A stretch of DNA of 64,000 nt, from positions 45,101 to 109,100 of IMG/VR virus record IMGVR_UViG_3300044970_001982. One strand, 5' to 3'. This stretch comes from a virus. Every line of letters begins with the position of its first letter. Position 1 is the stretch's first letter. The notes beneath the pieces were generated by a model, which worked only from the letters and a program-made list of their open reading frames with translations, made no database searches and was not told where the DNA came from. Of the stretch, positions 47,693 to 56,974 are shown piece after piece. Both the position numbers and the translations under genes were made by a program.

Positions 47693-48064
47693 TTACTTCT
47701 CTCTTGTAGCGCCAACTACCCAATAATTAATTTTCCCCTGACGACCCCTTACTGCTGTAACTGCGTCTATTCTAAATAAGGTGTAATTCTTAGATGCTTT
47801 TAAGGAGAAGTTTTCGTATATTCTATCTCCTTCTTTGGGATATATGTGATCCTCAAAATAATAAACGGCGTCATAATTAGTGTAAAGACCTTCTGGAAAT
47901 TCTTGAGAAGCGTTGGCGTTTGATGTTCCTGATTGACCTACCTGTCTGGTGGTCACTCTTTCAAATTGATTAGCGTGGTTGCCATTAGCCAATATTCTTT
48001 GAACATAAACGTCATGACCCCATTCACGAAGTATTTTCTTAAATGATCTTCTAATATCAATCAT
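47693..48064 (-). CDS. Head-closure / head-tail adaptor (SPP1 gp16-like)
   Basis: About 123 aa from MIDIRRSF; PKEGDRIY...FRIDAV beta pattern; neck position. Confidence 0.55.
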   Translation of the reverse strand: MIDIRRSFKKILREWGHDVYVQRILANGNHANQFERVTTRQVGQSGTSNANASQEFPEGLYTNYDAVYYFEDHIYPKEGDRIYENFSLKASKNYTLFRIDAVTAVRGRQGKINYWVVGATREK

Positions 48065-48944
48065 ACTTCTTGAACCCTCTCTTAGGCATCGGGTCATCAT
48101 TTAGTGATGTTGTTGTTCCATTCGGATCGTAAAGTTCTCTTCCGGAAGGATAAACAATTTTATCATTTAGTTTGCTATCATAAATAGAAAGTCCTGGAAG
48201 ACTCTTAGGTTGAAAGCCTTTTGGACCGACCTTACCTGCTAATATTTCTTTTCTCAATGATGCCGCTATTTGACACCAGGTTGTGGCATTGTCTCTTGTT
48301 ACCTTATTTCTTGGCATTGATCTATTCATGATCGATAGATCACCCAATCTTACTGATACTTCGTCATCTCCACCAAATCCATATGTTCTACTTAATTCAC
48401 ATGCAGTAGCAGCTTTGATGTATTCTAAAACTGTAAAAGATAGGTTACTTCCATCTTCTTCATCTAACAGATTATATAAAGCCTTAACTTCATTAGAATA
48501 ATTGTGTATTATCTCTCCTATTTCAAGCAGGGAGGCATCCGGAAAATAAGGAATGAGCGACTCTGGATCAAGGTATAGTGGATCAACGTCAGGCGCAAAA
48601 GCTATAATTTCTTCTGTTTTTAATATAACTGTTGGCTTAAATTCTTCTTCTAAAGAAGAAACATATAATTTTTGCTGAACTATTACATTATTTCCAGAAT
48701 CTAATGTCCCAGTAAATTTTACACTGTATGTATCAGCTGATGTTGGCGTATAATCATAGTACCATACAGATGGTGTTAATTCTTCCGCGCTTTCAGATAT
48801 AAGCTGGTTATTGTCAGAGTCATATATCTTAACATTTACAGCGGCTGGATATATATCAACTTGTTCGCCAGTTGTGGGATCTGTATCTACAAACTTAACC
48901 CGAATTCTTACTGTATCATTAACCAATATTTTTTCTGTAGACAT
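48057..48944 (-). CDS. Head-tail adaptor with N-terminal Ig-like domain
   Basis: Beta-sandwich N-terminus; C-terminal EYIKAATAC...SVRLGDLSI typical of gp15-like adaptors. Confidence 0.55.
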   Translation of the reverse strand: MSTEKILVNDTVRIRVKFVDTDPTTGEQVDIYPAAVNVKIYDSDNNQLISESAEELTPSVWYYDYTPTSADTYSVKFTGTLDSGNNVIVQQKLYVSSLEEEFKPTVILKTEEIIAFAPDVDPLYLDPESLIPYFPDASLLEIGEIIHNYSNEVKALYNLLDEEDGSNLSFTVLEYIKAATACELSRTYGFGGDDEVSVRLGDLSIMNRSMPRNKVTRDNATTWCQIAASLRKEILAGKVGPKGFQPKSLPGLSIYDSKLNDKIVYPSGRELYDPNGTTTSLNDDPMPKRGFKKYD

Positions 48945-48958
48945 ATTTAACCTCTATC

Positions 48959-49336
48959 TTAAGCAGTTGGTATTATAGTAACGTCTACAGTGCCAGCTGA
49001 ATTTTCACTTAAAATAATTGTCTCTGCTTGAGATATAGCAAACGCGTCATCTTCCAAGACATTGAATACAATAAAACCCTCTTGATTATTTAATGTACTA
49101 AAACTCATTGATGAAGTTGAATTAGTGATATCAACTAATCCAGTAGAGGAAACTATATTGTGAGTACTTACAAATACAAGTGTAGAATTAATACTTTCTG
49201 GAGATATTAATAATACACCTAATATTTTAGGATTATTAAGTACAGCTGTTGGGCCGAATGATTCTGGAGCTACTACCCTTATTCCATTATATTGGAAATA
49301 AGGTTCATTATAATTAATTTCTCCATTATAAATCAT
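48959..49336 (-). CDS. Hypothetical virion protein
   Basis: 125 aa; YN repeats at the N-terminus; in operon. Confidence 0.65.
   Translation of the reverse strand: MIYNGEINYNEPYFQYNGIRVVAPESFGPTAVLNNPKILGVLLISPESINSTLVFVSTHNIVSSTGLVDITNSTSSMSFSTLNNQEGFIVFNVLEDDAFAISQAETIILSENSAGTVDVTIIPTA
48973..48981 (-). promoter_or_regulatory. Putative late promoter box TTACTATAA (neck genes)
   Basis: Inside the 3' end of the upstream ORF, 29 nt before ATG 48944. Confidence 0.45.
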
Positions 49337-49351
49337 CTAAGTATCTCTCTA

Positions 49352-51709
49352 TTAGAAAGAACCGCCATCTATTGTAACGTTATCTATGCTTCCACCAGTA
49401 ATAGACACATTGTTTGAATTTTGTGTAGCTATTGTTCCCAAACCTAATGTTGTTCTAGCTGTCGAAGCATCAGCGTCATCTACTAGTGACCGACCAAAGG
49501 AGGTAAATGTGGCAAGAGCTGCTGTTCCACTTCCAGTGAAGTATGGCAATTTATCAGTTGCCGATGCAAGACCTGCTATTGCAGCAAGCTCTGCATCGTA
49601 AGCCTGAACATCTGTTCCGATTACCAAACCTAGATTTGATCTAGCTGTTGATGCGTCTGTTGCTCCGGTTCCACCATTTGCTATAGCAATGGTTGTACCA
49701 TTCCATGTACCAGTAGTAATTGTACCCAGTGTCGTGATACTTGACTGTCCAGCGTATGTTGATGCAATATCTATTGCGTCTGATGTAACGCTTATTCTAT
49801 CTGAGGTACCACCAATTGCAATAACACCATTTGAAAATGTTAAACCATTTCCAGCTATTGTGCTATTTACCTGAAGTTCATCTGAAGTTATAAGTAGTCC
49901 ACTATTAGATGCTAGATTAATATTAAAGGTAGAACCATCTAATACTAATCCGCTTCCAGGAAGGTATGTTCCTGCACCAGAGAACTGAATCCAGTTTACT
50001 GCGTCTGTTCCAACAGTTCCAACTTCGTCTGCAGTAACCCAGCCAGTATTACCATAATTATCTCCGCTATCAACGAAAACAAAGTCTCCACCAGCAATTT
50101 CTGCTGCTGTATCAAAGTCAGTAGCTCTTGTTAATACTGTACCGCCTGTTGCCCATGTGTAAATACCGTTATGAGCTGCAGTTGCTTGATTCTTAACTAG
50201 GATTCTGTCTCCATTTTGGAGGTTATAGTTATCAAGTGCAGTTAATGCTGTACCTAGAGTAAGAGTAGCTCCAACTCCATCGGTTCCATTGCTATATGTA
50301 ACAGAGCCACCAGTTATGCTGGCTAAAGTAGCTCCAGTTGCTGCCTTAACGGTGGCATGAATGTGTAGTCCTTGAGTAGCTGAATCTACATAAGCTTTTG
50401 TTGCAGCGTCTTGTGGATTTTCTGGATTTGCAAGATTTTCTATTCTTGCACTATTAACAGAAATGTGACCTGTTCCGTTTGGATCTAATGAAATTCCACC
50501 GTTTGTATCTGTTGCAGAAATTGTATTTCCATCTATTCTAATATTATCAACATCTAGCTGCTGTAGTCCAGCTAAAGTGTTGCTAGTAGCTCCAAGTGCT
50601 GTTGAAGTTGTACCAATTGTTATAGATGAATTTGTAAGTGAACCATTTCCAATATTTGTAATTGTGTTATTTGAACCACTAATTGTCTTATTAGTTAATG
50701 TATCAGTTGTTGCTTTACCGACGAGAGTGTCAGTTGCAGCAGGTAATGTTAGAATTCCTGATGCGGTTGCACTAGCAATAACATTGGTTGTTCCAGATGT
50801 AGAACCAGTGAAGTACATACCAGTACCAGTGGTATAAAGGTTTGTAATGGTTGGACTGGATGAAAGGACTACATTAGCGCCAGAACCAACATATGAAGTA
50901 ATAGAGTTACCTTGAATCTGAAAAACGTTTCCAGTTCCTGTGGCTACATCTATAGTTTTATTTGTTAAAGTTTGAGTACCAGTTAAAGTGGCTACAGTGC
51001 TATCGATATTTACTGTAATCGTATTATTTGTTACAGCTGTATCGATACCAGTTCCACCAGTAAATGTTAGAGTATCTGTGCCTAAAGCGACAGAATCAGC
51101 TGTACCACTATCTGCACCAACAGTTAATGAGGTTGATATAGATGCTGTTCCAGCTGCTGTTAAGCGGCCCTGTGCATCTACTGTAAAAGTTGGAATTTCT
51201 GTGGCTGAACCATAAGAGCCAGCAGTAACACTGGTATTGTCCAGGTTAATTGTTAGTGTATTTGTATTACTAGCAACAGAAGAAAGACCTGTTCCACCTG
51301 AAATTGTTACTGTCTCTGCATCTACAATTTCTTGTGAACTTCCAGAATCTCCAGCTAAAGTAAAGCTATACGATGCAGTAGTCACTGCACTGTCTACATA
51401 GGCTGTAGTAGCAACTTTTGTACTATTATCTCCTGCTGTTTGTGTTGATGCTGTTGCGCTTGAACCAAGTGCAACAGTTCCAGAGAATGTTTTATTACCA
51501 CTGATTGTCTGTTCTGTAGAAAGAGTGGCGAATGCACCAGAACCAGCTATAGCTTCAACGGTCGAAGCGGTACCTCCAGCACCACCTGTTCCTTTTCCAT
51601 AATAAAGTGTATTATCAACTTCATTAAACGCCAGTTCTGCGTTTTCTAGACTACTAGGTGCACCAGATGAACCAGACGCCCTTCTTTTAATTCTAATTGT
51701 ATTAGCCAT
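49352..51709 (-). CDS. Head/neck fibre protein
   Basis: 785 aa, G/T/S-rich; N-terminal IRIKRR...PSSL..AELAFNE; [25 protein letters not shown]...NGIY and TLTNKTI repeats. Confidence 0.75.
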   Translation of the reverse strand: MANTIRIKRRASGSSGAPSSLENAELAFNEVDNTLYYGKGTGGAGGTASTVEAIAGSGAFATLSTEQTISGNKTFSGTVALGSSATASTQTAGDNSTKVATTAYVDSAVTTASYSFTLAGDSGSSQEIVDAETVTISGGTGLSSVASNTNTLTINLDNTSVTAGSYGSATEIPTFTVDAQGRLTAAGTASISTSLTVGADSGTADSVALGTDTLTFTGGTGIDTAVTNNTITVNIDSTVATLTGTQTLTNKTIDVATGTGNVFQIQGNSITSYVGSGANVVLSSSPTITNLYTTGTGMYFTGSTSGTTNVIASATASGILTLPAATDTLVGKATTDTLTNKTISGSNNTITNIGNGSLTNSSITIGTTSTALGATSNTLAGLQQLDVDNIRIDGNTISATDTNGGISLDPNGTGHISVNSARIENLANPENPQDAATKAYVDSATQGLHIHATVKAATGATLASITGGSVTYSNGTDGVGATLTLGTALTALDNYNLQNGDRILVKNQATAAHNGIYTWATGGTVLTRATDFDTAAEIAGGDFVFVDSGDNYGNTGWVTADEVGTVGTDAVNWIQFSGAGTYLPGSGLVLDGSTFNINLASNSGLLITSDELQVNSTIAGNGLTFSNGVIAIGGTSDRISVTSDAIDIASTYAGQSSITTLGTITTGTWNGTTIAIANGGTGATDASTARSNLGLVIGTDVQAYDAELAAIAGLASATDKLPYFTGSGTAALATFTSFGRSLVDDADASTARTTLGLGTIATQNSNNVSITGGSIDNVTIDGGSF

Positions 51710-51711
51710 TT

Positions 51712-52050
51712 TTAAAAGTTTCCTCCATCTACAAGATTTTCTTCGCTATAATTAACCCATGCAGTGCCGTTATAGCGTAAAACATCGCCACTAGCAGCTA
51801 AACCTATAGTAACATCTGTTAAACCATTTAAAACAGATTGATCATCTATTGCTGATTCTACTGCTATTATTCTATCTTTTACAGTTAAATGAGATCCAGC
51901 TGGCGATAAACCGAGAACCGTTTGTATTGCCTCAACAGCGTCGTTTAAGTCGGTGTGCTGTTGATGATGTGGAACTGAGACAGAATTTAGCTTATCTGTT
52001 GCAGTTGGATTAACAAAATTGTCCAAGGATGCAGGATACTGTGTAGACAT
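51712..52050 (-). CDS. Small fibre/decoration protein
   Basis: YPASLD...[28 protein letters not shown]-terminal DGGNF. Confidence 0.6.
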   Translation of the reverse strand: MSTQYPASLDNFVNPTATDKLNSVSVPHHQQHTDLNDAVEAIQTVLGLSPAGSHLTVKDRIIAVESAIDDQSVLNGLTDVTIGLAASGDVLRYNGTAWVNYSEENLVDGGNF

Positions 52051-52058
52051 ATTTATTC

Positions 52059-52469
52059 CTATAGTGTAAATATTTTATTAATTGCATTACTCCAGTTTAT
52101 AGTAATTGATATTGCTGAAGAACTAGATGAAACTGGTAAACCATCTGCTGTATCTATATAAGCTATTAATCTGGATGTAGATGCTACTCCAGTGTCTTTA
52201 AATAAAACTACATAATTAAAACCACTTGTGCCATAATCTTCTATGGTAATATTATCCGCGTCGAAAATACCGTTTGCGGTAGTTTTATCTACTAATGCGC
52301 TGCTAGTTGCAGCTATATTACTAGATCCTATGTCAGATAAAAATTGATGCGCTTCCAAATCAACAGTGTAACTATTTTTTACTAAACATACTTTTAATGT
52401 ATCATCAGTTAAGTCTAATAAGCCTTCTAAAAAGGCTTCCTTAGCTTTTTTGTATAGTGAATTAGCCAT
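52059..52469 (-). CDS. Small virion structural protein
   Basis: 136 aa; DLTDDTLKVCLV...FDADNI...LIAYID...ITINW pattern common in phage structural modules. Confidence 0.6.
   Translation of the reverse strand: MANSLYKKAKEAFLEGLLDLTDDTLKVCLVKNSYTVDLEAHQFLSDIGSSNIAATSSALVDKTTANGIFDADNITIEDYGTSGFNYVVLFKDTGVASTSRLIAYIDTADGLPVSSSSSAISITINWSNAINKIFTL
52096..52105 (-). promoter_or_regulatory. Putative late promoter box TTACTATAAA
   Basis: Inside the 3' end of the 136-aa ORF, 46 nt before ATG 52050. Confidence 0.4.
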
Positions 52470-53242
52470 TAAATACCTACTTCAGCGGAAACTATTACTC
52501 TGTATTTATATCCTGTTTCAAAGTATTCTTTATCTTCGGTGTAATAAACAGGTGTTGCATCTGTTGATGGAAAGTCAACGTAAACATCTGGTTTCCAAGA
52601 GTGTAGCGAGATTTGCGCATTAACACTTTCCCATCTAGATGGCGTCTTTTGGATTTTTTTCCTCTGAGCCTTAAAGTATTTAGATGTTAGAAAGTTTGAT
52701 GCCGGACGTGAACTGAATGTTATTGTCACTCTACCATTGTTTTCATCATTGTTAAGATAAAAATCTCCACTAGTAGGATTTGTTGACTCTATATAGAAAT
52801 TTGGATTTTTAGCTAATATTTGATATCCAGTTTCTATATCTACCCTAACAGACTTATCTTCAATTAAGACTTCATTAATAACCGTACCCTGAGTTTCTTG
52901 AAGAATTGAGGGTGTGGCAGAACTTGTCTGGCTAGTGAATGTTATTCTTTCTTCTGGAACAGTTAAACCTGATGAGTCTAATAAGTTATTTATCTTTAAA
53001 ACATAATCTGTATTTGAACTTAATACAGTGTTCCAATAAAGAGTTAATGTTCTGCTTATTTGATTATAATCAGTTAGTGTATTTATTGTTCTAAAAGGAG
53101 AAGACACCGAAACTGGAGTAGCTGTATCTGTTTGTACAGTAAAGTTAGCATTAACTAATGATGCTATTTTTATGGTTCTACCAAACTTAATGTTTACTGT
53201 ATTGATAGTTACAGTTGCATTATCAATTAAATATAGCGCCAC
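52469..53242 (-). CDS. Ig-like domain virion (head decoration) protein
   Basis: Two beta-sandwich-like halves (VNIKFGR...LSSNTDYVLKI; VTITFSSRP...YKYRVIV); GTG start with GGAG RBS. Confidence 0.6.
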   Translation of the reverse strand: MALYLIDNATVTINTVNIKFGRTIKIASLVNANFTVQTDTATPVSVSSPFRTINTLTDYNQISRTLTLYWNTVLSSNTDYVLKINNLLDSSGLTVPEERITFTSQTSSATPSILQETQGTVINEVLIEDKSVRVDIETGYQILAKNPNFYIESTNPTSGDFYLNNDENNGRVTITFSSRPASNFLTSKYFKAQRKKIQKTPSRWESVNAQISLHSWKPDVYVDFPSTDATPVYYTEDKEYFETGYKYRVIVSAEVGI

Positions 53243-53271
53243 TCAACACACTCCATAATCAAAACTATAAA

Positions 53272-53280
53272 TAATAGTAA
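53272..53280 (-). promoter_or_regulatory. Putative late promoter box TTACTATTA
   Basis: Intergenic, just past the capsid terminator and 30 nt before GTG 53242. Confidence 0.55.
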
Positions 53281-53294
53281 CAAATTACTCAGAT

Positions 53295-53334
53295 AAAAGC
53301 ATAGGGGACGGCAGATTTCTCATACCGTCCCCTA
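53295..53334 (-). terminator. Rho-independent terminator after the major capsid gene
   Basis: Perfect 10-bp inverted repeat TAGGGGACGG (53302-53311) / CCGTCCCCTA (53325-53334), followed on the minus strand by TGCTTTT. Confidence 0.8.
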
Positions 53335-53376
53335 GCTTTAGGGCTTATTCGTAACTATAACAACCCTAAGGTTTTA

Positions 53377-54435
53377 TCAGGCTGTTTCGTTGGTAACCAT
53401 TACCTCGTAGTTACGGCTGAGTCTTACATTCTTAGCGACTGTAATACCCTCACCGTCACCCAACATAACGATGTCGTAACGCTCTTTCATCTTGAGTGAG
53501 CGGAGGTCACGGCTAGGATCATCGAACTGATCTGTGCTCATGTCATCCTTAACGAGGAGAGTACCTACCTCGTTACGATCAATCAAGAAGAGGTCTGACT
53601 TGGCTGGTGTAGCGCCACTCTTAGCGGTGAAGCTAACGAATGGTGAAACCAGTACATTTAGACCCATGGGAGCGGTTGCGTTTAATGCACCCTCTGCCGA
53701 CTGAGGACGATAACCCCAGCTAGTTCCAACAGCTGAAGCTGCACCACCAGCGTGGAAGATCGAATCCTTAAGGAAGACCGACCACATGAGGGGGTGAAGA
53801 ATGAAATCTGTTGGAATATGATTTTCAGCCATTAGAACGGCAGCCATGTCAATGATGTCATCCCAGGTGATTGTCTTGTTGGCTGCGCCATCAATGTCCA
53901 AACCTGTTGTGTCATCATATGAACCACTGTCGTTGTCGAAAACGATAGTAGCTGCATCCTTGAAGCGGCTAAGAGCAATTTGCTCCTTTAGGCGAGCCAT
54001 GGCACGGCCTGCTGCACGAACGTGCAGACCGACAATGTCCCAAAGTGAGTCAGCGATAACTTCCTCAGTGAAAGCTAACTTTACACCCTTCTTTGAAACT
54101 TTGCCTTCTACCTGCTTTGCGAAGGCGAGTGCTTGCTCTGGATATTCTTGTCCTTCTGGAATCTCTGCTGCTTGGATTGCGTTGACTGCTGGGAACTCCA
54201 AAGAACGCCCCTTACCGAGGCGAACAGTGGAAAGCAGAGGAGTCACGAGAAGTTGTGGCTCAGCTGCTTCTTTTAGCGTACGAGAGAGCACCTTGGGGAA
54301 AAGGGCAGCTGCGTCTGGCGAAGCAAATGCCTCCTTAATGGTTACTCTATTGTCTGCATCAATGTACCCGTCCTCAGTCAGTGCCGCCTCCCAAGCTGGG
54401 AGACCCGAGAGGAGCTCTTGGATTGTCTTACTCAT
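53377..54435 (-). CDS. Major capsid protein (HK97 fold)
   Basis: 352 aa; AAEIPEGQEYPE, KKGVKLAFTEEVIADSLWD, ILHPLMW, KMKERYD; GGAGG RBS; distinct codon bias; follows protease and decoration genes. Confidence 0.92.
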   Translation of the reverse strand: MSKTIQELLSGLPAWEAALTEDGYIDADNRVTIKEAFASPDAAALFPKVLSRTLKEAAEPQLLVTPLLSTVRLGKGRSLEFPAVNAIQAAEIPEGQEYPEQALAFAKQVEGKVSKKGVKLAFTEEVIADSLWDIVGLHVRAAGRAMARLKEQIALSRFKDAATIVFDNDSGSYDDTTGLDIDGAANKTITWDDIIDMAAVLMAENHIPTDFILHPLMWSVFLKDSIFHAGGAASAVGTSWGYRPQSAEGALNATAPMGLNVLVSPFVSFTAKSGATPAKSDLFLIDRNEVGTLLVKDDMSTDQFDDPSRDLRSLKMKERYDIVMLGDGEGITVAKNVRLSRNYEVMVTNETA

Positions 54436-54474
54436 CTTAGGATTATTCCTCCTGTGTTATTGTTTTTGTTATTA

Positions 54475-55245
54475 TCAGAGTGTCAAATTGACGCGGAAGG
54501 CACCAATGACATGGTCTACATCTAGGTTTGCACGAATGCCAAGCTTGCCGTTGTATGTTCCACTACGGGTAAGCTCGTACACTGTCTTAAGTGCACCTGG
54601 ATCTGATGGTAGCTGCATGTAGCTAAGGAGGCCGTCATCGAAGTTTGTAGCAAACTTTTCGACTTCAACAACCTTACCAACCTGCAAGTAGGCGTATACA
54701 GCTGAGCTATTATAGAAATCAGCTGCAGCTGCTGCTACTGGGCGTCCCATGTGGTCGGCGCGAATTAACGAACCAACTGTCACGTCTGCATTAATGCCAT
54801 CCACCATTGGATACTCTACATAACCATGAGTAATGAAACCTGCACCTTGTGAGGTACCCTTATCAAAGGGTCTGTAGAGATCATATTGTGCGCAGCCGAT
54901 TGGAATCGAACGAGCTGGAACTGTGACTGTGTCATCTGAACCAGTTGTCGATGTTGGTGTAGCGCCATCAAGTGGATCCCAGCTTGGCATTACATCGCCC
55001 CAGCCCTTGCTGGATGATGTACCGTTAGCTGGTACTACTCTGGCGTCACCGTTTGAATCGGCAACCACGGAAAGAATGGTACCCTTAGGAATGACGATCT
55101 CAAAGCGATCATCTTCGCTATCCAAATACCATGTAGGAAGACCTGGGTGTGGAAGCAAGTATGCTGAGGGAGCGACGCCCTCAGAAACAACAAAACGTCC
55201 TGAACCGGTCTTGCTATGTACCTTGCGGAACTTTGCTAAACTCAT
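54475..55245 (-). CDS. Capsid decoration/cement protein
   Basis: 256 aa between scaffold and MCP; IVIPKGTILSV...VVPANG, PIGCA, QVGKV; same codon bias as MCP. Confidence 0.7.
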   Translation of the reverse strand: MSLAKFRKVHSKTGSGRFVVSEGVAPSAYLLPHPGLPTWYLDSEDDRFEIVIPKGTILSVVADSNGDARVVPANGTSSSKGWGDVMPSWDPLDGATPTSTTGSDDTVTVPARSIPIGCAQYDLYRPFDKGTSQGAGFITHGYVEYPMVDGINADVTVGSLIRADHMGRPVAAAAADFYNSSAVYAYLQVGKVVEVEKFATNFDDGLLSYMQLPSDPGALKTVYELTRSGTYNGKLGIRANLDVDHVIGAFRVNLTL

Positions 55246-55263
55246 TTTATTTCTCCTTAATTA

Positions 55264-56898
55264 TTAAAGTTTACGTCTACCCATTAGGGCGTCTACTAGA
55301 ACTTGCTCAAAAGAGTTGACAGGAGAAACAGGTGTCTGTGACTCAGCCTTGTCCACTGTTAATACATTTACTTCTTCTGCAACTTCTGCTTCTGAAGTTA
55401 CTTCGGGAACGCTAAAGAAGTTAGAAAGTCTCTTGCCAACTTTAGCTGGGACCTTAGCTAGATCTCTTAATGAATCAGCTAATGAAGATGCTGTTCTTGG
55501 TGCATGTTCTTCGATTAGTTTTTCGCGATCATCAACAGATTCGTAGCCTAGGCCAATCTTTGTATCAACAACTCTCTCTACTAATGTTCTGTGTAGAGCA
55601 TTCTTGAGTTTTGTATTTTCTTCTTCAAGAGACTTGATAGTTGCCTTTAAGAGCTCTAGTTCTTGCTCAACGCCCTCTTTGTTATCGCTGAGATTGCTAG
55701 ACTCTTCAGCGGTCTCTTGATCTACATCACCATTTTCAGATGATGACTCTTCTGGCTTTTCAGCATTTTCGGAATCTACGCTTTGTACATCCGCCTCTTC
55801 TGAATCGTCAGCTGAGTTATTGTTTTCTTCTGAATCAGATACTTCTGATTCTTCAGAAAGTTCTTCTGAGTCCTTATCTGAAGACTGCTCTTCAGAAACA
55901 TCTTCAGTCTTTTCATCTGATTCCTCAGATGTTTCTGCTTCAACAGAAGCTGAAGCTGCAATATTAGAAAGATCTTCGCTTAAGCCTTCAGCTACAGCTA
56001 GAATATCTTCGCCATTATCGACATTATCCATGCTATGAGTCTCCTCAGATTTTGTATTTTCAGAATCTTCATTAGATAGTAATGATTCTGTCTTATTTAT
56101 ATAACTTTCGCTCTCTTGCAAGGCTAAAGCTGTTAGAAATGCACCTTTTAAGTGCAAATAAATTGGCTTTGATTCTTTTTTCTTAAGATTAGAAAGAATT
56201 GATTTATTTTCTTCAATTGAAAATATATCTTCATTATCCATACTTAAAACAAAAGCTGAACTCTTAGCAACCCAGCCTTCTGAGTCTGTAAGCTCCGCTT
56301 TGCCATCAGCAGACTTTAGTGATCTGACACCTGACTTTTGATCAGCTGGCTGATTAACAAAAGAATACTCTTTAAAGGAAATGTCTTGCATGTCTATATA
56401 AGCAAGCTTGCCCTTATAAACTTTTCCTCTTCTATACTTTGGCATTCTGGGTCTTCCGGAGTCATCTTCGGAAGCTAAATCTTCGCCAGAAATGCTGCAC
56501 AGTGCCTTAGCAGCTCTTCCGCCAACAGAACCTGTTAGATACCTTTTGTCTAGAACTTTTTGTGCTGCGACTGGATCAGTGATTGCAATTTGCAGTCTTA
56601 CGAAAGCGGAACCATCTTCCTCTTTATCCATCCTTGCTGCCATTACTCTACCAATTGGCTCTGTATTTAAGTCATGATTTAATATGATTGGCTTAGGATA
56701 AGGCTCAACCCATGATTGCAGAGCTTTTTCCAGCTCTTGTGCTGAGTAATTATTATAATTGGCTGTAAGACCTTCATGAATAGCTGCTACTTCTATAATC
56801 AGCCCATGTCTGGAATTGAATGATTCTGAAAAATCTAAGTCTACCTTTGAAAAATCTGGTAGCTTTAAAGTAAAGTTTTCTACGAAATCAAAAGACAT
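55264..56898 (-). CDS. Prohead protease fused to an acidic scaffold domain
   Basis: ILNHD...PIGRV...TGSVG...EYSFVNQPAD protease motifs; E/S/D-rich linker and C-terminal coiled coil. Confidence 0.85.
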   Translation of the reverse strand: MSFDFVENFTLKLPDFSKVDLDFSESFNSRHGLIIEVAAIHEGLTANYNNYSAQELEKALQSWVEPYPKPIILNHDLNTEPIGRVMAARMDKEEDGSAFVRLQIAITDPVAAQKVLDKRYLTGSVGGRAAKALCSISGEDLASEDDSGRPRMPKYRRGKVYKGKLAYIDMQDISFKEYSFVNQPADQKSGVRSLKSADGKAELTDSEGWVAKSSAFVLSMDNEDIFSIEENKSILSNLKKKESKPIYLHLKGAFLTALALQESESYINKTESLLSNEDSENTKSEETHSMDNVDNGEDILAVAEGLSEDLSNIAASASVEAETSEESDEKTEDVSEEQSSDKDSEELSEESEVSDSEENNNSADDSEEADVQSVDSENAEKPEESSSENGDVDQETAEESSNLSDNKEGVEQELELLKATIKSLEEENTKLKNALHRTLVERVVDTKIGLGYESVDDREKLIEEHAPRTASSLADSLRDLAKVPAKVGKRLSNFFSVPEVTSEAEVAEEVNVLTVDKAESQTPVSPVNSFEQVLVDALMGRRKL

Positions 56899-56925
56899 TA
56901 TAATCCCCTGTAAAATAATTCTATT

Positions 56926-56935
56926 TTTATAGTAA
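56926..56935 (-). promoter_or_regulatory. Putative late promoter box TTACTATAAA (protease-decoration-capsid operon)
   Basis: Intergenic, 28 nt before ATG 56898. Confidence 0.6.
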
Positions 56936-56974
56936 GTTTCTTTTTATAACATTGAACAATTTTATATAAATATA

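Noticed and set aside
53350-53376. rRNA gene fragment or intact I-CeuI homing site
   Set aside because: Similarity is limited to 23 nt, flanks do not continue as rRNA, and the GGT core and AGCGA end of the site are altered; kept only as a possible antisense or mimic element
53846-54622. 258-aa plus-strand ORF, and the other plus-strand ORFs in the track
   Set aside because: All are antisense shadows of well-supported minus-strand genes; they are Ser-rich with no recognisable motifs, and the long one reflects codon bias in the MCP gene
55700-56060. Low-complexity TCTTC/TCAGA-rich tract as a DNA repeat element
   Set aside because: Explained by the acidic E/S/D linker of the scaffold protein
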